NCBI GenBank assembly: GCA_963713605.1
Contig: CAVQMO010000002.1
Location: forward strand, 1-64,000
Origin: an uncultured Nitrososphaerales archaeon
GTDB lineage: Archaea; Thermoproteota; Nitrososphaeria; Nitrososphaerales; Nitrososphaeraceae
Direction: 5' to 3'
Length of the DNA stretch: 64,000 bases
In this document: piece after piece, positions 56,634 through 64,000 of the stretch
Numbering within the stretch: the first letter of the stretch is position 1
How the letters are laid out: each line of letters starts with the position of its first letter
Translations under genes and position numbers: made by a program
Notes under the pieces: generated by a model
What the model was told of the DNA's origin: nothing
Database searches by the model: none
What the model saw: the letters and a program-made list of their open reading frames with translations, nothing else

Positions 56634-57266
56634 ATGTCCAGCTATTCGCTCAATGACATGAATAAATATCACGTTTTTAATTATACTTCAAATTTCCAAA
56701 GTAAGAACCGTTCCAGAAACAGCAAAAAGTATATCCTGGAAGATGATTTATCAGAAAATCTTGGCGAACCAGTGACAATCAAAATCCCTGCGGAGAATAT
56801 TGACCAATTGCAATATGAATCTGAAACCAAACAGGTGAGTTTAAACACAAGGATTAACCAAATAATCAAGGACCATCTGGACTGGCATTCAGTTACCCAT
56901 GAGTCTAAGATGTATTATGTACCGAAGGCATTGATAACTAGAGCTATCGAACATCTTACAGAACAAGAGCTATCTGAATTTGCACAATTCATGGTAAACG
57001 ATCTAAATGATATGAGTTTACTATTACGAGGAGAATTCGATTTCTCTTCATTTTTGGACATCATAAATATGTGGTTAAGGATCACACGGACACCCAACAG
57101 ATTCGAACAGAGTGAATATGAACATAAAATTGTGATTAGACATGAGATGGGATACAAATATTCTTATCTTATCAAAGAAGTATTTAGAATAGTGATACAT
57201 AGATTTAACAAACCTTTTCACTACAAAATAACTGAAAATACTATTCTAATCAGAAGCGCAAATTAG
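56634..57266 (+). CDS. RHH plus putative V4R-like regulator (subfamily B)
   Basis: VTIKIP..NIDQLQ...VSLNTRINQII...HEMGYKYSYL. Confidence 0.8.
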   Translation: MSSYSLNDMNKYHVFNYTSNFQSKNRSRNSKKYILEDDLSENLGEPVTIKIPAENIDQLQYESETKQVSLNTRINQIIKDHLDWHSVTHESKMYYVPKALITRAIEHLTEQELSEFAQFMVNDLNDMSLLLRGEFDFSSFLDIINMWLRITRTPNRFEQSEYEHKIVIRHEMGYKYSYLIKEVFRIVIHRFNKPFHYKITENTILIRSAN

Positions 57267-57699
57267 ATTGCTCTGTATTATCATATATATAAAATATAAT
57301 TAGGAGGAAGATTCCTTTGAAAGTGCCTCATAGTGGTTCATAAAAAAGTAGGAATTGAGTTTGGAAACTCGATTGTTAAGTGAATGTGTCAAAATTGATA
57401 GATCTAGCGATTTACATATAGTCTATATATAGAGATGCAGATGAATACCAGAATTCTAGCATATATTATATCAGGAATAGCAGTATTTTTGATTTTTGCA
57501 GCAAAATCCTCATCTGTTTTCGCCTCAGGCCGGGGGGAGGACCATTACTTAAACTTGCAATTAATGATACCCTAGAGACAGGTGAGGGAAGTATACTATA
57601 TTAAGATAGTGGTAACTGTTAGCCGTATCTCGAGAAGTTTCTCAAGCCACTTCCACTTGTTCCTGAGCCCTTCACAATTTGGATTACTGCTATCTTTAG

Positions 57700-58101
57700 T
57701 TAGTATCTTTCCCTACTGTTGTTAGATTTATCTGTAAAATACGGCAAGACCCCCTTTGTAAATTCATGTATAAACTTTTTTTCATCAGGACTTGTACTGT
57801 GTGTAAACACTTGAGTAAAGCCAGATTCAAAATATTCTTCAATTGGTTTTATGAGATCGTCTATTTTAGTAACAATTAGTGTTGATTGCTTTAACTTGTC
57901 GTCTGATACCTCTTGTTTTGCTTTTTCTTGCAATTTTATTGGATCGCTTATGTTCAGATCAAACACATTTTCTATAAGCGAAGATCGCCAAAATTCACAC
58001 GAGCGCAAAGCCTCATCATAGTCTTCTGAATACGAAATCTTTGGTTTAGCTATTTTTTCAAGTATTGTAGCCAGATTATATTCATATTCCCTGCCTTTCA
58101 T
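57700..58101 (-). pseudogene. C-terminal fragment of an F420-dependent LLM-class oxidoreductase, fused to a duplicate of the tfb 3' flank
   Basis: DYDEAL...EFW...IEEYFESGFTQV..HS...FI..F...VLP; ~58070-58165 duplicates ~36985-37080. Confidence 0.65.
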
Positions 58102-58423
58102 ATTTTGAATTTGACTATCCTTTTATCTTCTATTCTGGATTTCAGGGAATAGTTTTTGTATATCTCGTTATGTCGATATTAGGTTATTGAATTATTCCCT
58201 TTAACTCTTTTGTCTTAGTTTTTGCAGTATAGGTATTTCTAAACATATCTATTCCCATTCTTTCCCAAGCCTAAGAATTAGATTAAACTCCTACTCCAAA
58301 ACGTTACTGACGTATTAGATATTGTCTCAGCTAGTAAAGAAATTCCAGACCTGATATCACTGTGGGAATAGATTGCAGCAAAGTAACGTTACCAAAGGTT
58401 TGCCTTAGATTAGCAATAGTACA

Positions 58424-58668
58424 CACACATAGTTCTAATATGGTTAGAAGCAAATGAAACAGAAGACATCCCTATCATTAATATTAGTAGTCAAGAATAT
58501 TGGAAGGTCTTTAGCCCACTTCTTGAAATATTAACTAATAGAACAAATGATAACAGCGAATAATTGCGGATAAAATTACACTACTGTGACAGTGAAAGTT
58601 CTACTCAATATCACTCAGATAGAGTAGGACACTTGTTAGACTTGTCGTTACCGTTACCCGATAGATTA
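58424..58668 (+). repeat. Inverted duplicate of ~7900-8150
   Basis: HIVLIWLEANETE...SSQEYWKVFSPLLE plus the downstream intergenic sequence. Confidence 0.85.
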
Positions 58669-58685
58669 TCTATAGAAAAAACACA

Positions 58686-58818
58686 ATCTAGTCATCGGCT
58701 ACTGATTAATCTGATCATAGTTGGTGGTTGTTTGGGCGGGCCACCAACTTGATCGCTCATGGGGTTGAGATTGGATACTACCATTTAATAATAAGCAACA
58801 TTGAATAAAAGTATTATA
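58686..58818 (+). repeat. Inverted-repeat element, most complete copy (arms 58713-58727 and 58741-58754)
   Basis: gatcatagttggtgg-ttgtttgggcggg-ccaccaacttgatc, then ttgaataaaagtattata. Confidence 0.85.
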
Positions 58819-58859
58819 ACTAGCTCTAGCTTTAGTAAGTTTAGAGACGTAGAATCATA

Positions 58860-58945
58860 ACTGAAGAGAAAGATAGATCGTTCTGACAAGAAACAAATTT
58901 TTCTTAAAATTTCAGACGATTCATTAAAAGAATTTTGAGTTTTAA
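58860..58945 (+). pseudogene. 3' fragment of the PRC-like family
   Basis: KRKIDRSDKKQIFLKISDDSLKEF. Confidence 0.55.
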
Positions 58946-59061
58946 ATGCTTCAAAGATTAATGAGAATCCAAATCAAAAAGTAAAAAGCAACTTGTAACC
59001 GACTAACAATTTAGTGGCCGCAAGCTACGATGGCCAATGATCGATATCTGTTTGGACCTTT

Positions 59062-60640
<1,579 letters not shown>

Positions 60641-60929
60641 TTTCTGATTAGCAATTATCATCCTGCTCACAATTATAATATTGAGAGGAAAAAAGGCGAG
60701 AAGCTAATTGTCAAAAATATAACTTGCAGCTGAACCATTTGTTAAATTTATTTTATATAGCGCATCATGTTCACTACTACTTTATACTATCCAAATATGA
60801 GCAAGGTCATTTCTAGTATGACTTTCTGCAGCTTAGAACACAGAATTAGATTTCTATATTTATGAGCCTATTTTGTATCTATTAATATATATATATTAAT
60901 GATTATTATATATACAAGGATACCAGATA

Positions 60930-62451
60930 GTGCAAACATTTAAAATTAAAAATAGTCTAGTAATTGTGGCCTTTGGACTGTTATTATCAGCATCATCTTT
61001 GGCTCCAACCATAGTTAGTAATCCTCTTACTAAAATACAACCAATATTGGCACAGTCAAAGAGCCAATTTTCTATGGCTAGTAACGATACAGTTGAGGCA
61101 CAGAATAGTACTCAGGAACATCTTCCAAAACAGGAAGGCTTCTCGGTAAGCGTGCTCGCGACAAATCTTAGCCAGCCGTACAATATCCTCTACGGTCCTG
61201 ATGACGCTCTATGGATCACGGAGCGCGTCGCGAAAAACATCACACGAGTCGATCCTAACAACGGATCAAAACTCAACAGCATGCCAGTCCCTAATGTCCA
61301 CCAGTCAGCAGGCCAAGACGGCCTCATGGGTATGGCATTCGACCCCGACTTTAACAATACACATCACATCTATGTAGCCTATACCTACGACGCGAATCCT
61401 GGAGAGGAGTTTGACCGCCGCACCAAAATCACTCGCTTCACATACGATCCGGCCGCCGGTACGATCGGCGAGCCAGCGGATCTAATCAATGGTCTCTCCG
61501 GTAGCACCCACCACAACTCCGGCCGCATGACATTCGGTCTCGATGGTAAGCTGTACTACTCGATTGGCGACCAGGGAAAAAACTATCTTAGGGTACTACT
61601 GCTTAAGCAACCAGGCCCAGAAACTCCCAACGGCTGAGCAGGTTGCAGCCCAGAATTGGAAAGCGTATGAAGGTAAGGTGTTACGAATGAATTCGGATGG
61701 CTCTATTCCCACCGACAATCCAACGATCAATGGTGTCCAAAGCCACGTCTTTACATACGGTCATCTCAACGCACAGGGAATTACTGCGGGTCCTAATGGC
61801 AATCTCTACGTCGCAGAGCATGGCGATAAGTCCGATGATGAGCTCAATCGCCTACAATCTGGAGGCAACTATGGCTGGCCTAATATCGCGGGCTATCAGG
61901 ATGATCAAGCATACCAATACGTCAACTGGTCCGGGGCTGAGAACTGCAAGAGCCTAAAATTTAGCAACACTGCACCCCCTCCGCCTGATGTGCCAGTGAT
62001 GAAAGAAAGTGAGTTTGAAGCTCAAGACTTTGTGCCGCCTCTTCATACGTTCAATACAGTTGTATATGATTATAATTTCACTGACCCCGCGTGCAAGGAC
62101 CTACCTTACATCTGTAACCCCACGGTTGCGCCATCCAGTTTGCGTCTTTACACATCAAATGCCATCCCTGGCTGGGAGAACACATTTCTAATGACGACCT
62201 TGAAGGCGGGCAAGATCTTTCAACTGGGGCTAAATGAGGATGGTACAGCGCTTACGAGCGACCCAGCGGAGCTCTTCCGTTCTGAGAATCGCTATCGCGA
62301 CATTGCATTCAGCCCGGATGGCCGCACTATCTATGTAATCACCGATACATCTGGCCCAGCTCAGGCCATCGATGGGGGTGTAACTAATGACTTATGGAAC
62401 CCTGGTTTTCTTCTCGTATTCAGATACCAAGGCAATATGACTGACCAATAA
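60930..62451 (+). pseudogene. PQQ-dependent soluble glucose/sorbosone dehydrogenase, frameshifted at ~61590
   Basis: Signal peptide, LWITER, QDGLMG.AF.PDF, HNSGR, GH.N.QG, DDELN...GGNYGWP, NRYRD. Confidence 0.9.
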
Positions 62452-62790
62452 TTCTAAAGCTCCCGGCTGCATGACCGCCAGATCTAAACCAAAACCAACT
62501 TTTCAGGAATTCCTAACTGATACTAAAACTAGGAAAGATAATTTGGAAAGATCGTAAGGATAAACCCCTTTTTTTATAATATGTTTCTGCAAAAAGCTTG
62601 TCTAATGAATTTATTACTGAGAGCATCAACAAAAGTAGTTGAGCTACAGAGGTAGCTATTGGACAATATAACACTTATATGATTGTCTATCTATGTTGTT
62701 ACAAGGTTCCAAACCTTAGGAACATGGCGCAATTAAGATAATACGAATTGAGTCGCCAATCAACCAGATTTTACGCACTGCTTCTTTGTT

Positions 62791-63390
62791 CTATTTACCG
62801 CTCTCAAAACGCTGATGACGTACGAGGTCATCTTGATTTTGAAAATTCTTTCCGCACAAACTACATGTAAAGACAGTCATAGCAGTCGGAGTTACCTCTG
62901 GATAATCCTTCCTTTCTTCGCTTGGATTTACCGCCTCTGTTTCTTTTGTGCTCTTGTAAGGCGTAGTCTCGCGTATTCGAACATCTGGGTGTTCTCGTTT
63001 CTGATCACTAATCTGGTTTTCGAGTCTCTTTTCTGGAATATTCTGTTCTATTGACTTCCTAATATGATAGAGATCATTGTACTGAATATAACCATCCAAG
63101 CTCTCAAATAATGACATTGTATCCTCGTCAATATTTTTATTTTTTAAATAGCGTACTATATCGCTTTTGTAGGCAGGGAATTTCATCGATTTAATGCTTT
63201 CTAATGCATTACTAAGGAAATTTTCATCTTTGATGGCTCTTTCTACAGCACGATTTATTGACGCAGTATCATACACTGGTTTATGCCTAGAAGTTCCGAT
63301 TATACCGTCGTTTGCTTTTTCATTACTAATATCAAGTGACTTCATTCTGTTGCAATATCTAATGAAGACTATTGCATATATCAATTTCAT
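62791..63390 (-). CDS. DUF2795-domain protein with C-terminal C2H2-like Zn finger
   Basis: IKSMKFPAYKSDIV; FTCSLCGKNF...LVRH. Confidence 0.75.
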   Translation of the reverse strand: MKLIYAIVFIRYCNRMKSLDISNEKANDGIIGTSRHKPVYDTASINRAVERAIKDENFLSNALESIKSMKFPAYKSDIVRYLKNKNIDEDTMSLFESLDGYIQYNDLYHIRKSIEQNIPEKRLENQISDQKREHPDVRIRETTPYKSTKETEAVNPSEERKDYPEVTPTAMTVFTCSLCGKNFQNQDDLVRHQRFESGK

Positions 63391-63664
63391 ACGAATAAAT
63401 CAAACCTGTCATTCGGCTTCTTTTACTCGGTTATCCAAACCAGCCTCCAGCAACTACCCTCAGATAGAAGTTGTAGACCATTGGTCAGTTTTAAGTAGAT
63501 AGGAAGGCGGCTAGAAATGAAGATTTAGGCGAACTAACGACTAGCCGGAATTGGCCGCCATCCCTATCTGATATGAAGCACTTCTATCATAAAATGCACG
63601 TAAGCCGTAGTTATATTGGCTTCCATGTACCAATTATTATATACTTTCTTGAGTAAATTTTTTT

Positions 63665-63946
63665 ATGGCTAGTAAGGACACCACACACATCAGTAATAAA
63701 AATGCACAACCAGTTCATAACACCCTTGATTCAGATTATTATGCATGTCATCGAATTCCAGTCATAGTTCAGGGAAGGGAAGTTGGAAAGGTCTTTGCAG
63801 ATGTGAAAGACAACCTGGTTATAATTGCCGGTGAGAATAAGAAGGAACATGAATATTTAATTCCGAAGTCAAAAGTAAGCCATTATAGTGATAATAAAAT
63901 TTATCTTAATATCTTGAACAATTCACTGAAGGAATTTGAGGTCTAG
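63665..63946 (+). CDS. PRC-like small protein, copy 4
   Basis: VGKVF...HEYLIPKSKVSHYSDNKIYL...SLKEFEV; ATTATATACTTT at 63636. Confidence 0.75.
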   Translation: MASKDTTHISNKNAQPVHNTLDSDYYACHRIPVIVQGREVGKVFADVKDNLVIIAGENKKEHEYLIPKSKVSHYSDNKIYLNILNNSLKEFEV

Positions 63947-64000
63947 ATTATAATTTTCAAATCCGTATGCAGACCAATTGAATCGTCCTCTGCTGATTTA

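Noticed and set aside
56353..58752. ORFs 56353-56550 and 58564-58752 sharing RLLINLIIVGGC
   Set aside because: The shared peptide is just the translation of the palindromic element; flanking residues are unrelated

Overview
AT-rich archaeal DNA, most consistent with a soil ammonia-oxidising archaeon of the Nitrososphaeraceae. This is an inference from a TFB paralog, a Cdc48 fragment, TATA-type promoters, MEDS/receiver/histidine-kinase genes and typical small Zn-finger proteins. The window is an accessory, heavily decayed and shuffled region. Stress/dormancy-type genes: Mn catalase, ferritin-like protein, YsnF/DUF2382, two DUF2795 proteins, TRAM, Fpg/Nei and hydrophilic microproteins. Other content: glycosylation genes, two-component signalling genes, and more than 25 frameshifted, nonsense-containing or fragmentary genes. 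The most striking structure is a set of five recurring elements found together in shuffled order. (i) About 8 copies of a ribbon-helix-helix plus putative V4R-like regulator. (ii) 4 near-full and at least 4 partial copies of a stand-alone PRC-barrel-like ~85-aa protein behind an invariant ATTATATACTTT promoter. (iii) 4 copies of a 54-aa membrane protein absent from the ORF track. (iv) 5 copies of a non-coding GATCATAGTTGGTGG-N13-CCACCAACTTGATC inverted repeat. (v) 2 copies of a secreted Ig-like protein. No rRNA, tRNA, CRISPR array, transposase, integrase or reverse transcriptase was recognised. All family assignments come from motif recognition by eye, not database searches.
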